A stretch of DNA of 64,000 bases from Octopus vulgaris (taxonomy: Eukaryota): assembly GCA_951406725.2 (NCBI GenBank), contig OX597822.1:72788001-72852000 (forward strand), given 5' to 3'. Numbering within the stretch: the stretch's first letter is position 1; the number at the start of each line of letters is the position of its first letter. The position numbers and the translations under genes were made by a program. Positions 30,001 through 41,830 of this stretch are shown here, piece after piece. The notes under the pieces are model-generated. The model saw only the letters and a program-made list of their open reading frames with translations. It was not told where the DNA came from and did not search any database.

Positions 30001-30420
30001 CCTAGCAGAATAAGATTCACGTCGGCGAACTCCAAGATCAAAAACGCCGTCTACCAATGCAAGGTTTACACGGACTCAGATGTCTTCACTTATGTAGGGG
30101 CCTCATCCTCAAGATTGTCTTTGCGAGTCTCCAACCATTACGCAACTTTTCGGGACATGAACAAGCGCCAGACCACGGGACTCAGTAAGCTAATATGGCG
30201 ACTGAAGGATACGAACTTAAGCTACAGGCTGGAATGGTCAATTTTGTGGGTGGCCCTCCCATTTGATAGGGGCAGAAGGTAGTGCAACCTTTGTGTCTCC
30301 GAACTCTTCCATATTTTGTTTGCCAGAGGCCGGATGGTAAACGGGCTTTTACAGTCGGCTTTTCGATGCCCCCATTGGCGGCGTTACACTTATCTGGCTT
30401 TAAATAGCGTTTATAAATAA
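30001..30420 (+). pseudogene. PLE GIY-YIG endonuclease domain (C-terminal ORF fragment)
   Basis: Frame +1: KNAVYQCKV..YVGASSSRLSLRVSNHYATF..TGLSKLIWRLK..EWSIL..*CNLCVSE..MVN..FRCPH, matching PLE GIY-YIG motifs; one in-frame TAG at 30280. Confidence 0.85.
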
Positions 30421-30992
30421 TACCGGCACCCATAGCCCTTGGTAACAAATTCTGAAATAGCCTTTAAGATATCTACGATTAACCACTGCAAGGGGAATTA
30501 CTCCTGTAAGATAAACGGGGCTTGGTTTTTTCACAACGGGGGGTTTCCTTGACAAGGCAGGCTTAGATGAACACACACACACATAAAACATAATATATAT
30601 ATTTTTTTTCTGCCACCCAACGGTTCTCACTGCAGTAGCCACTGACAGCCGAACGATCAAACGCACACACGTACACAAAAAATGTTTTCTACCCCTACGC
30701 CAACACACACATATATAGAACAGTATACACACACACGTCTCTAAGTAGATTTTTTCTCGCCCCTTATAAAACATCCAATATTCCTTAAATAGTCAGAACT
30801 TTATTCTCGGTCACAAAGAACATCTACACACCCACACCCACATGATTGACCGATGCCTGACCCGTTAAATTCTTCAGCCACCGGTTCTCAACATACACTG
30901 ATAAACAGTTTCGCCATGGGCTCTTAGGAGCCTAGTTCGATTTGTTTTTGCTCCGCCTCTGTTCTGTTTTTGTTTTTTCCAACGGATTTCCT

Positions 30993-31083
30993 ATTTTCTT
31001 CCTGAAGAGAAAGACACAATATGGTCCCATTATTCAATCGGATTTTGGTAAATTGTGCCTTTCGAAACACGTGTAGAATGAAA
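30993..31083 (+). ncRNA. Type I hammerhead ribozyme with extended stem II
   Basis: CTGAAGA (31002) - GAAAGACACAAT/ATTGTGCCTTTC stem - GAAA (31064) - palindromic CACGTG - TA; TTC/GAA stem I. Confidence 0.75.
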
Positions 31084-31222
31084 TAAAACGATTTCTGTTC
31101 AATCTGCGTTCGGGCTTTTACAGTCGGCTTTTCGATGCCCCCATTGGCGGCGTTTCTTATCAAATAGCGTTTATAAATAATACCGGCACCCACCCTTGGT
31201 AATTCTGAAATAGCCTTTAAGA

Positions 31223-31253
<31 letters not shown>

Positions 31254-31584
31254 TATTAAGATATATGGATGCATCATGTATATACCCCTACGCCAACACA
31301 CACATATATAGAACAGTATACACACACACGTCTCTAAGTAGATTTTTCTCGCCCCTTATAAAACATCCAATATTCCTTAAATAGTCAGAACTTTATTCTC
31401 GGTCACAAAGAACATCTACACACCCACACCCACATGATTGACCGATGCCTGACCCGTTAAATTCTTCAGCCACCGGTTCTCAACATACACTGATAAACAG
31501 TTTCGCCATGGGCTCTTAGGAGCCTAGTTCGATTTGTTTTTGCTCCGCCTCTGTTCTGTTTTTGTTTTTTCCAACGGATTTCCT

Positions 31585-31675
31585 ATTTTCTTCCTGAAGA
31601 GAAAGACACAATATGGTCCCATTATTCAATCGGATTTTGGTAAATTGTGCCTTTCGAAACACGTGTAGAATGAAA
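31585..31675 (+). ncRNA. Type I hammerhead ribozyme (second direct copy)
   Basis: Same sequence as 30993-31083, 592 nt downstream. Confidence 0.75.
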
Positions 31676-31729
31676 TAAAACGATTTCTGTTCAATCTGCG
31701 TTCAGCTCCATTTCTTCAATTCACCAATA

Positions 31730-31760
<31 letters not shown>

Positions 31761-31920
31761 TATTAAGATATATGGATGCATCATGTATATACATATACTT
31801 GCGCATAGTACTCATAGTATGTGTATGCGTATATATGATGCATTTAAATATATAGCCTTATGTATATATACACAAGACTATATTTATACATACATATATT
31901 CTTTATTTTATTTTATTTTA

Positions 31921-31969
31921 TTTTTATGTAGTTTCAGCTCACAAGCTGTGGCCATGCTGGGGCACCGCC
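31921..31969 (-). mobile_element. Extreme 3' tail of the same LINE/SINE group
   Basis: Reverse complement GGCGGTGCCCCAGCATGGCCACAGCTTGTGAGCTGAAACTAC + (TAAAA)n. Confidence 0.6.
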
Positions 31970-32164
31970 ATTTGGTGTTGCTACATGATTTTACTTCACG
32001 AATGCTTTTTAGCAATTGGCATTTGGTGCATGAGAGAGTTCGATGTATATATATATATATATACACACACAATTATATATATATATGTATGTGTTTGTTT
32101 GTATATATATATATGCATGGGTGGGGCGAAATTCGGCGAAAGTTTTAACGTCTGCTTGACGTTG

Positions 32165-32440
32165 GAAATAATAATGGGCAAGTTTATTTACGGAAGATCA
32201 GCAGGCACCCATGCACATCACACACCCCTATTCATACTAATGATGTCATCCAAGGGGAAAGGCAACGGCCAATACAGGTTGGGAGTGGTGATATTGCGGC
32301 TTATTTTTACAACTGACTGAACTGGAGCAACATGAAATAAAGAGTCTTGCTCCAGAAAACAACTCACAGCCTAATCCGGGAATCGAACTACAACCTCATG
32401 ATTGTGAGCCCGACTCTCTTAGCACTGGGTCATGTACCGC
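32165..32440 (-). mobile_element. SINE family C, older copy
   Basis: Reverse-complement similarity to the 27703 and 34776 copies. Confidence 0.65.
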
Positions 32441-32469
32441 CACAGTATATACGTATACATCGCTAACTA

Positions 32470-32626
32470 GAAATTCTTTTTATTCTCTCTCTGTTTATTC
32501 CCTCATGCTTCTTTCTGTTGAAGAGCGTCTTTCTGTTGAAGAGCGTCGGCTCGAAACGTAAAAGACTTTCTCAGTACCCCGAGCGTCAAACTAATACACC
32601 TGTTTTCGTCTTTTGTAAATTTCTAT

Positions 32627-32627
<1 letters not shown>
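32470..32627 (+). mobile_element. PLE-type pLTR end with variant HHR (32528-32565)
   Basis: TCTTT-CTGTTGA-A-GAGC(GTCG)GCTC-GAAA-CG-TA-AAAGA, then CCCGAGCGTCAAACTAATACAC tail into (TA)n. Confidence 0.7.
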
Positions 32628-32673
<46 letters not shown>

Positions 32674-32892
32674 ATCAAGAGAGAAAGGGTGAGAGATAGA
32701 TAGATGTATATATAAGTATAGGGAGTGAGAGAGGCAAAGAGGGGAAGGAGGAAAAAAGAGAGAGCTATTTAAAGTGATTACGAGAAAGATGTGCTTGTAT
32801 GTACTTAATTACATAATGTACGGATTTATATTTATGTAACTCCGACTAAATGTGCTTAGTGCTCTTTTCTACCTCTCGTCGACATATATATA

Positions 32893-32943
<51 letters not shown>

Positions 32944-32980
32944 ATGTATGTATGAGTGTATATATATATGTATGTATATA

Positions 32981-33044
<64 letters not shown>

Positions 33045-33074
33045 AACAAATGAACAAATCTAAGATTCTCTGCT

Positions 33075-33506
33075 GCTTACGATGTGACTTTGTTTCACCA
33101 GGGGTTGGAGGATGTCCTCGTCGAGCTCTACAGTTCTTTCAGGACCAGACTCGTCTTATAGGCAGTAGTTGCTGGCTCAGAATTTCTTGAAGCACCATTG
33201 AAACTGGCTTACGCTTATTGTCCGATCCCCATATACCGCATTAATATTCCATGCACTTTTTGCTGCGTTGTTTCATTTTTTGAACTCATAAAGCAAAATA
33301 TGCCGAATATGCTCCTTTCTCACTTCCATTATAGCTTTGAAAAAAATAACTGTTAAAATCGGACTGCACTCTTCAAAACATGCACTAAGAATAAAGACAA
33401 GGTAAAATTACTACCTGCTTTTAAAGCAAATTGATGCAGGTAGTTTATCGCACCTTCCCGACCTCTGACTTTTAATAAAAACCGCATTATTTATGGGATG
33501 ACCCAA
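33075..33506 (-). mobile_element. Degenerate mariner 5' fragment (TIR + transposase N-terminus)
   Basis: Minus strand TA|TTGGGTCATCCCATAAATAATGCGG end; from ATG at 33329 reads MEVRKEHIRHILLYEFKK*NNAAKSAWNINAVYGDRTISVSQFQWCFKKF*...[13 protein letters not shown]. Confidence 0.85.
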
Positions 33507-34775
33507 TATTCGTATATGTCAGCAACAGCCTTTTTTTATGCATGTTTCATCTTTTATAGCGTATATTTTTCAGGGGTTTTTTTTTAAAGGTTTTTGCTGT
33601 TGGTTTGATACAGTAGATTTCCCAAATCTATATCCGACATTTCTGGACCTTCATAGTTTCTTTATCAGGGATTAAATTGCAAATATTTTACGCTTCTGCC
33701 GTTTCTTATATTGAATTTGTGTAGGATTTTTGTTTTTACCGTTAATATCATACATCAGTAAATACAGCTAATCGAAATGCACAAACCACACGTAGAATAT
33801 GTTACCTGAACCAAATGCGCACAAAATATCAAGCAGATGAACATGTAATAAAACTCCTCGTAAAACGCAACACAAAATGAATGTCACCCATCCATTAACT
33901 TAAAAACACTATAATCCAAAAATTTCCTTATTAACACGCCAGGAATATTGAACCCAAGAAGAAATTATAAATTTGAGCCCAAAAAAAATTATAAATTTGA
34001 CTGTAAACCTGAACATTGTAAACCTCATCACACAGGGTGTTGTACTGGACAGATCAGTACAGCATTCTCAAGTAGATTCACCATGTGATTTCAACATGTA
34101 TATTTTGTGTAACATTACATTACATACGACAAAACGAAATTAGATAGGAAACTACAAGATGAAAACACTTTGTATCTTATAGAATTCACAACAAAAACCG
34201 AAGATTAATTAAAAAAACAATAATCATTGTCAAAATCAACACTGGTACACACACATGAAAACGCGGCTACTAATATTGAAACAATTATAAAAAAAAAAAA
34301 ACCTATTGGTCAAGATTTGGCAGCGACATTCACACAACATGTGAATGCTTTTCTTTTATGCTAAAAGGCCCAAAAGCATTTGACGGTCAATGATGTCAAT
34401 CAGTATATACGAACCAAATGTATGTCTATATATATATATAGTTTTCCAAGGGTTATTTGTATTTAATGTAGTTTTATTAGTACGAGGAAACATGTTAATT
34501 GTTATTAATTTTCCAGTTAATTTATTCTTTGACTAAGTCTTTGATCAAAGAAGTTATTTGATCAAAGAAGAACACTCGCCATTTTCTACTATAAGGATGC
34601 TGTACCCTCATCTGTTCTCCTTCTTTCACGGTTTGGAATTTGAGTTGAGTAGATGAGAATTATTTCTAGGTGAGTTTATGAACATCAAGTAAACAACCTA
34701 GATATCATTCGTAAAACAAGAGATATGTTTGAGTTATTAGAGCATCGATTTAATGTTACTAATTTGCAAGGTTGA

Positions 34776-35110
34776 AGGTGCATAACTCAGTGGTTAGAGC
34801 GTCGAGCTTACGATCGTGAGGTTGTGAGTTCGAATCTCGGACCGGGCTGCGTGTAGTTTTCTTGAAGAAGACACTTTATTTCACGTTGCTCCAGTTCACT
34901 CAGCTGTAGAAATGAGTTGCCACGTCACAGGTGCCAAGCTGTATTTGCCCCTTTGCCTTTCCCTTGGACAACACTGGTGGCGTGGAGAGGGGAGGCCGGT
35001 ATTCATGGGTGACTGCTGGTGATCCATAAAACAATCTTGCCCGGACTTGTGCCTGGGAGGGTAACTTTCTAGGTGCAATCCCACGGTCAGTCATGACGGA
35101 AGAGGGTCTC
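34776..35110 (+). mobile_element. tRNA-derived SINE, family C, full length
   Basis: TAACTCAGTGGTTAGAGC...GAGTTCGAATCTC head; imperfect TSD AATTTGCAAGGT/AATTTACAAAGT. Confidence 0.85.
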
Positions 35111-36239
35111 AAATTTACAAAGTAAAGTACAACTATTTACTGTGGTTTTACTAACAAAATGACCCCCACCTCCTATAATGCAGCAACGTCTGATTAAGCA
35201 TGATTATGCATCAAGATTATTACTCAAAACTGCGAAAACAAAATTGAAATACGAGTATGTGCCCGCTTATATATGTTCACGTACAGACACACAGACACTC
35301 AGAATCTACATGCGCTTGCATAATGCTATACTTATTTTTAGAGATATGTTTATATGTGCGTATGTTTTTTATAAAACAAGTGTGCAAGAAATGCATTTTA
35401 ATTAAGGCATGTACGTGCATGCGCGTGTGTGTTTGCGTGCAGCTGCATGTGCACAGTATTTATATAACAGATTAACCTTTCCTTATCTTTTACTTTGTTC
35501 GTGCCTTATGGTCAAACAAAAACAAAAGAAAACATAATAAAAACATAATATACATCGATTGAAATCAAACGTGCATGTATGTGTATGTCTTCGTTATCTT
35601 TGATAACGCACTTGTCTATCTTAATCTCTCTCTCACACACACACACACACACATGTATGCATTGTTGCTTGTGCGTCTCTCGTTGGGCATGATCACACAT
35701 ACGAATGTACTTCTATAACGTTCGGTCATATGAAAAACATTTTAATATCATGATATTCCCTGATAGCTGTAATGAATCAATGAACGAATAGTCGAACGCA
35801 GAAGGTTGGCTCCACTTTTGACGAACGAACAACATCGTTTAGCCATGTATTGATATCAACAATATATTTGGCAATGAACCTAGCGATGGGATTATCTCTT
35901 AGACGCGACCCGTCCAGAGACAACCAAAGCTGCCCAACGTAGCTGTTAGTTATTCTCTCAAAGAAAATATATAGACCGTTTCACTTTAATTCAATGGAAC
36001 CTTGTGTCTATGTGATTCTTTGTGAGATTTCTCTGTGTTAGTATTTATGTGTGTTTCTGTCTATGTGTCTCGCCCTCCCTCTGTATACTTGCATTTTATG
36101 TGATAATTTATTTAAGCTTATACCAAAATGTATAAATATATACGCAAATTCTTTCAGCGTGTATATGTCATTCCATTTCGATGAAAGCGGCATTCATTGA
36201 TTTGGTATCTGTCACAGTAAATAGAATATTCAATGCATA

Positions 36240-36264
36240 CATATATATATACTTATACATACAC

Positions 36265-36304
<40 letters not shown>

Positions 36305-36487
36305 CACACAACACACTATATAATATATATATATATATCAATATATATGTATGTATATATATACATATATGTATGTATATGTAAATATATATTTATACTA
36401 CATAATATATATATATTATATATATATATATATACATATATATACGTACATATATATATGTAAATATATATATATATATACATATGT

Positions 36488-36523
<36 letters not shown>

Positions 36524-36662
36524 CTTATATATATGTATATATATATATATACGTACATTACATATATATATATGTATACGTATATATATATATATATATT
36601 ATATATACATATATATACGTACATATATATATGCATATATATACGTACATATATATATATAC

Positions 36663-36717
<55 letters not shown>

Positions 36718-36760
36718 TATATATACACACACACATACACATATACAGATACAAATACTT
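36240..36760. repeat. Degenerate (TA)n field, representative of dozens of such tracts
   Basis: Directly visible. Confidence 0.95.
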
Positions 36761-37418
36761 ATATGCATAAATGCGTGCGTGTGTATGTGTTTGTATACAT
36801 GTATGGATATATAAGTATATGTATGATTTGTACATGCACACTTGTTCATGTGTGTGTGTATGTGTGGGTGTGTTTGTACATGTGTGTGTAAATGGTTCAA
36901 TGACTGTTTTGTGTGCATTTGTACGTGTTCATCACTGTATCAGTAGAAGAGTCTTACTTTGAATGAAACATCGATAATTTGCATTGATTGCATTAGGTCT
37001 CTAACCAGCAACTAAAAATTTAATGCACCCGACCTTGATTAAGTTTCCGAAGCATTTCCAGACAACCTGCCTACATGAGAAGAATAATACACGTAAGTAA
37101 ATATATATATGCACAAACACAATACCTCTCTCTCTCTCTTTATCTCTCTCTCTCTCTCTCTCTAATACACACAAACACACACATCAACACGCAGGACTAC
37201 ATTCATATATATCCATACGAACAAACTGAAAGTAAAACATTTACAAAAAATGCTAACAGATAAACTCAGTTTGAAGTCTCTCATTATTTAACTCTATAAC
37301 CGAAGTTATCAGTTATACTGATAAGGAGTCAATCATTTCACTGAGACCTGGTCTCTATATGTGAGAAATAACTATTAGTTAACGAGCAATCAATAAGACG
37401 GGAACTAACACTAACGCA

Positions 37419-37468
<50 letters not shown>

Positions 37469-37582
37469 TTTAAGAGACAAAACCACTCTGTTGCTTGAGG
37501 GTGATTCTATATCTGAAGCCTATTAATCTATCTATCTATCTATCTATCCATGCCTCCCTCTCTGTCTCTCTTTCTCTCTCTG

Positions 37583-37668
<86 letters not shown>

Positions 37669-38269
37669 GGCATATGTATAATACGTTTAAATATATGTGT
37701 GTGTCGCTTTTAATTATTACTTAGTATTCATTGTTTAATTTTGAAGTATCTAATTTGTAAATCCAGTAAGATTTAATTATTTTCTTGGCTGGTTACTGTC
37801 GCGGATCTTTGCAGTAGGATCCGACGTCTTTATTGGCGTATTATTGCAACAGATAAAAACTGTCAGTATTTGTACAACTCGCGTAAAATAAATTTCGAAT
37901 GTAATAGCAGCTTGTGTGAAATGCAGTCTAAATTCCGTGATATAGATTTTATCTGCTACAATATTATTCTCTTGAGCTGTTGTTACTTAGTGCAAAACGC
38001 AAGCAATAAACTATATTATCAAGTAATTTTGATGAAAAGACGGAACATTGTGCCATGTCAATGAACTTTAAAACGCTGTTCCAAACTTAATTTAATGGAC
38101 GAGTAATGAAACACGGAATATCTTTAATTTAATATATAAAAGGAAACCCAAATGAATCTGTGTCTTCAATAATATATGAACGAGTGTATGTTTGTCCTGG
38201 TGTGCAAGTGTGTGTGTGTGTGTGTGTTTATATATCTCGTCATGTTGGGCCGTTGAACTCAGCACATTT

Positions 38270-38453
38270 TTTGCTCTCTCGGTTTTTTTTTTTTTTTCAT
38301 TTTCTCTTCGACTTTTTCCTCTTAATAGTGTTAGTCGAAGAGCGAAGGCTCGAAAATAAAAGACTTTTCCATTCTTCCCGCGCATTAAACTAATACACCT
38401 GCTTGTTGTTCCTACACCTGCCTTTGTTGTAGGTTTTCTGAAAATTTGAACTC
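38270..38453 (+). mobile_element. Same pLTR family, degenerate
   Basis: GAAGAGCGAAGGCTCGAAAATAAAAGACTT...TTAAACTAATACACC tail. Confidence 0.55.
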
Positions 38454-38492
38454 CATACATACATACATACATACATACATACATACATACAT

Positions 38493-38523
<31 letters not shown>

Positions 38524-38801
38524 TACATACACACACACACACATATATATATACTATGCATGGCCGAGAACTGAAAAAGTGCCCTTCACAAATATACTTA
38601 TCAGGTTCAGTCCCACTGGGGGGGAGGCATCTTGGAAAATTATCATCTCTCTCTTTCTCTCTCTCTCTCTCTCTTTATATATATTTTGAATGGGGGGATA
38701 CAATCGACCTTACTATTTCACTAGTACATTATTTTATCGACCCCGGTGGTGATGAAGGACAAAGAAGTTCCCTGAGATATTTGAATTCAGAATACAAAGA
38801 A

Positions 38802-38967
38802 AATCTGTCTTCTCGGGATCTTTCCTTCTCCTTTGTTTCCGACGAAGAGCTCCGCTCGAAACGTTAAACCCTCCTTCCCTTCTTTCCTGAGCGTCCAATA
38901 ATACTTTATTTGTTCCACGTCCTCGCGTTGCTGTGTTTTTTTTTGTGTTTTCTTGTTTGGATTAACT
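38802..38967 (+). mobile_element. Related pLTR end with variant HHR (38835-38869)
   Basis: GTTT-CCGACGA-A-GAGC(TCC)GCTC-GAAA-CG-TT-AAAC; CCTGAGCGTCCAATAATAC tail to (TA)n. Confidence 0.65.
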
Positions 38968-38983
38968 ATATATATATACTTAG

Positions 38984-39083
<100 letters not shown>

Positions 39084-39593
39084 GGACTCTCCCGTCGAAG
39101 ACGACGTTATGAGCATGCAGCTTTTGAGGGACAACCTGCACAAATGATTTGTTTATGGTGATCGAAAGTTCTTGCCGCAGAATAGGTGACTCTCTCCATC
39201 AAATTCACATTGGCTGAACAGGTGAGCAGGGATAGATCGGAGGCACGTCAGCAGTTTAAATTTATAGGGGCAAATCAGTCAGTCGCTTTATAATTCATGA
39301 ATTACATATCATCGAAACCGATTAAGTATCTACTTCATTTACACGCACGTACAGACGCAGGCATGTTCAATCGCACACACAGCACACACACACACATATA
39401 TACACGCACACACATACACACACACACATATATGTATATATATTGTCTATACATATTTAAATGCAAATGATTATATATATGCATAAATATGTGAATATAT
39501 ATGTATATATGTATATGTGAGTGTGCATGTCCATCTATTTGTGTATGTATTTATATATATATATATATATATAATTATATATATATATATATA

Positions 39594-39651
<58 letters not shown>

Positions 39652-41599
39652 CACACATCCATACGTATACATACTCACGCACATAAACATGTACACGAAC
39701 ATATGCGTTTGTCTTGGTGTTAAATTGATAATGACCAACCAGTTCCTTGGTTGCTAATGTTTTGATGCTACAATGCTGCAATTATATGTAGTTTTATGAC
39801 AAAATTAGTAGCAACCGTGTCTTCTCTTGTCGTTACAGTATTTCCAGCTGACATCTGATAACAACTTTTAGGTTAATAGAACTAATGCTTTCCCAAACAA
39901 AAAAAAAAAAGGAAGCATTAGAATTATGAGCTGCCACAATAGAAAACTCCCCTAGTGTTTATAACTGCCCAGACAATAGTTTTTACTCGAATATTTATTG
40001 GGATAGATGCATTAATATTGCTAGATATATTACTGTATAAATTTCGTGTGTAACTTATTTGGTTATTAACGATTCGTATACAAATACAATTACTGTTCCG
40101 TACTTCATTACAATACATCTGGTATTTCTCAGTTCTCAATGCATGCAACTCACGAAATACTCCTTTTGAATAACTGAACACTTCTGGTGTTATTACATCG
40201 AAACGAAAATGGGGAATTGACTGAGCGTTAGACCAAACACCTTGTCGTATTTGCACCGGTTCCTTGTATTCTGAATTCAAATATCTCAGGGAACTTCTTT
40301 GTCCTTTATCACCACCGGGGTCGATAAAATAATGTACTAGTGAAATAGTAAGGTCGATTGTATCCCCCCATTCAAAATTTCTGGATTTTGTGCCTAAACA
40401 GAAAATTAGTATTACATTGCTGCATATATTTTGCTAAATCTTGCTGACAAAAAATAAAAATAAATTGAAAATAACGTTCATTTGACAATTAGATACGCAC
40501 TTAGGCAAATATATATTTCTCTTTCCTCCCCTTATTTTCCTTCAGTATTCGATTATCCTCCCTGAGTATGGAATAATGTCCAACTTTGTGTCGGATCTCC
40601 AACTGTAATAGCTTATTATTTTTCGATCTCTTCAATTGTTATCAAGCCCTTTACAGAGAACTTCTTAAAGACGAAGTAATTCTGAATTTCCATACTATAA
40701 CTCGTAAGAGTTTTTGCATGTAACAACTCCAAATGATGTCGTTTTGGGATTTGGTTTGCAAGATTCTTTATGTGAGTTCGTGTGTTGAAGCCTATTCTGT
40801 TCTGTCTGAGGAGAGTCATTTGCTTTTGGAGCCTTATAATTTACCATACTCACAGGTAAAATTTCCACTTACTTACTTTTTTTTCTAAAATTTTCGTTGC
40901 ATCTTGCAACCTGTGCAATAGTTGGAAAGGTTGCGAGACGCAACGAAAACTTTAAAAACAATAAAAAAAGAACTAAGTGGAAATGTTACCGGTGAGTGTG
41001 TCAAATTATAAGGCACCAAAAGAGAATAACTCTCCCCAGACATAACAGAACTCCAAATGAATATTAACAGAACTTGGCTCAAGGGAGAAGATGAGAGGCC
41101 CAGCACGAATGATCATTGAGGACATAGAAACATCTGTCCCTGAGTCACAATATCTGACTCAACCTAGTTCCTATTGTGCTGAGGTTTTGTTGATTATATC
41201 GGTTGGTGGCCGGTGACAGCTATAGTGTGATGGTGGAAAGGACTGAAACACCAACAGATCTACTCCACTGCCTGATGAGACATCGTCTCCTTTATTCGGA
41301 GTTTACCCTAACACAATACGTCAAAATGACCATATTTAAAATATAGAGGTGTGTAGTTAATAGTAGCATAAAATTTGAATTCGACAAGACTAGGTAACAT
41401 TCTATAAAAACAATCTTACCATGCTGTCGTCAATTATAAATGCAAGCCTTTTAAATCAATGAAATCAATGAAAATGGTGGATTCAAATATGTTAGACTCA
41501 TGCTTATCATTAAAAGGAAAGATGAAATATAGTTTGTGCGGAGGTTTTGTATAACTTATTGAGAGGTGTCATAGGACAGTATCTGTGATAGTACCCTTA

Positions 41600-41830
41600 A
41601 TCATATGTTTTTCAGGGCGTTTGGGTCATAAGGGTAGGTGAGAAGATGTCTAAAAGCTGGAGGCCTTGATCGAAGGATTGCAACAGAGTGACTTCATTAA
41701 AGCTAACCAAGGATAGGTTTATGATGTCAAATCTCGTAGGAGATTAAGTCTACCACTTTAAAAAACATTCCAAAAATCAAATCGCTCGAGTTAACAGAAG
41801 ACCTCTCGTCTTCGTTCTGGAAATTCAGTT
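41600..41830 (+). pseudogene. Possible RTE-like RT C-terminal relic
   Basis: RAFG(H)...LEALIEG...YDVK remnants. Confidence 0.3.

Larger units (their letters stand above)
29057..31731 (+). mobile_element. 5'-truncated Penelope-like retroelement with inverted upstream pLTR and a tandem downstream partial pLTR
   Basis: GIY-YIG C-terminal coding spacer; 751-bp inverted arms 29245-29995 and 30361-31111; third copy ~31287-31731; HHR in each copy; both ends abut (TA)n. Confidence 0.85.

Noticed and set aside
29582-30774. Twin ORFs MFYKGREKIYL on opposite strands
   Set aside because: Antisense to the PLE 3' region and duplicated only because of the inverted repeat
34776-34850. Functional tRNA genes at SINE heads
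   Set aside because: Acceptor stems are incomplete, no T-run terminator, and heads run into SINE bodies
41270-41300. CTGATGA-GAC-ATC-GTC hammerhead-like start
   Set aside because: No GAAA or stem III follows
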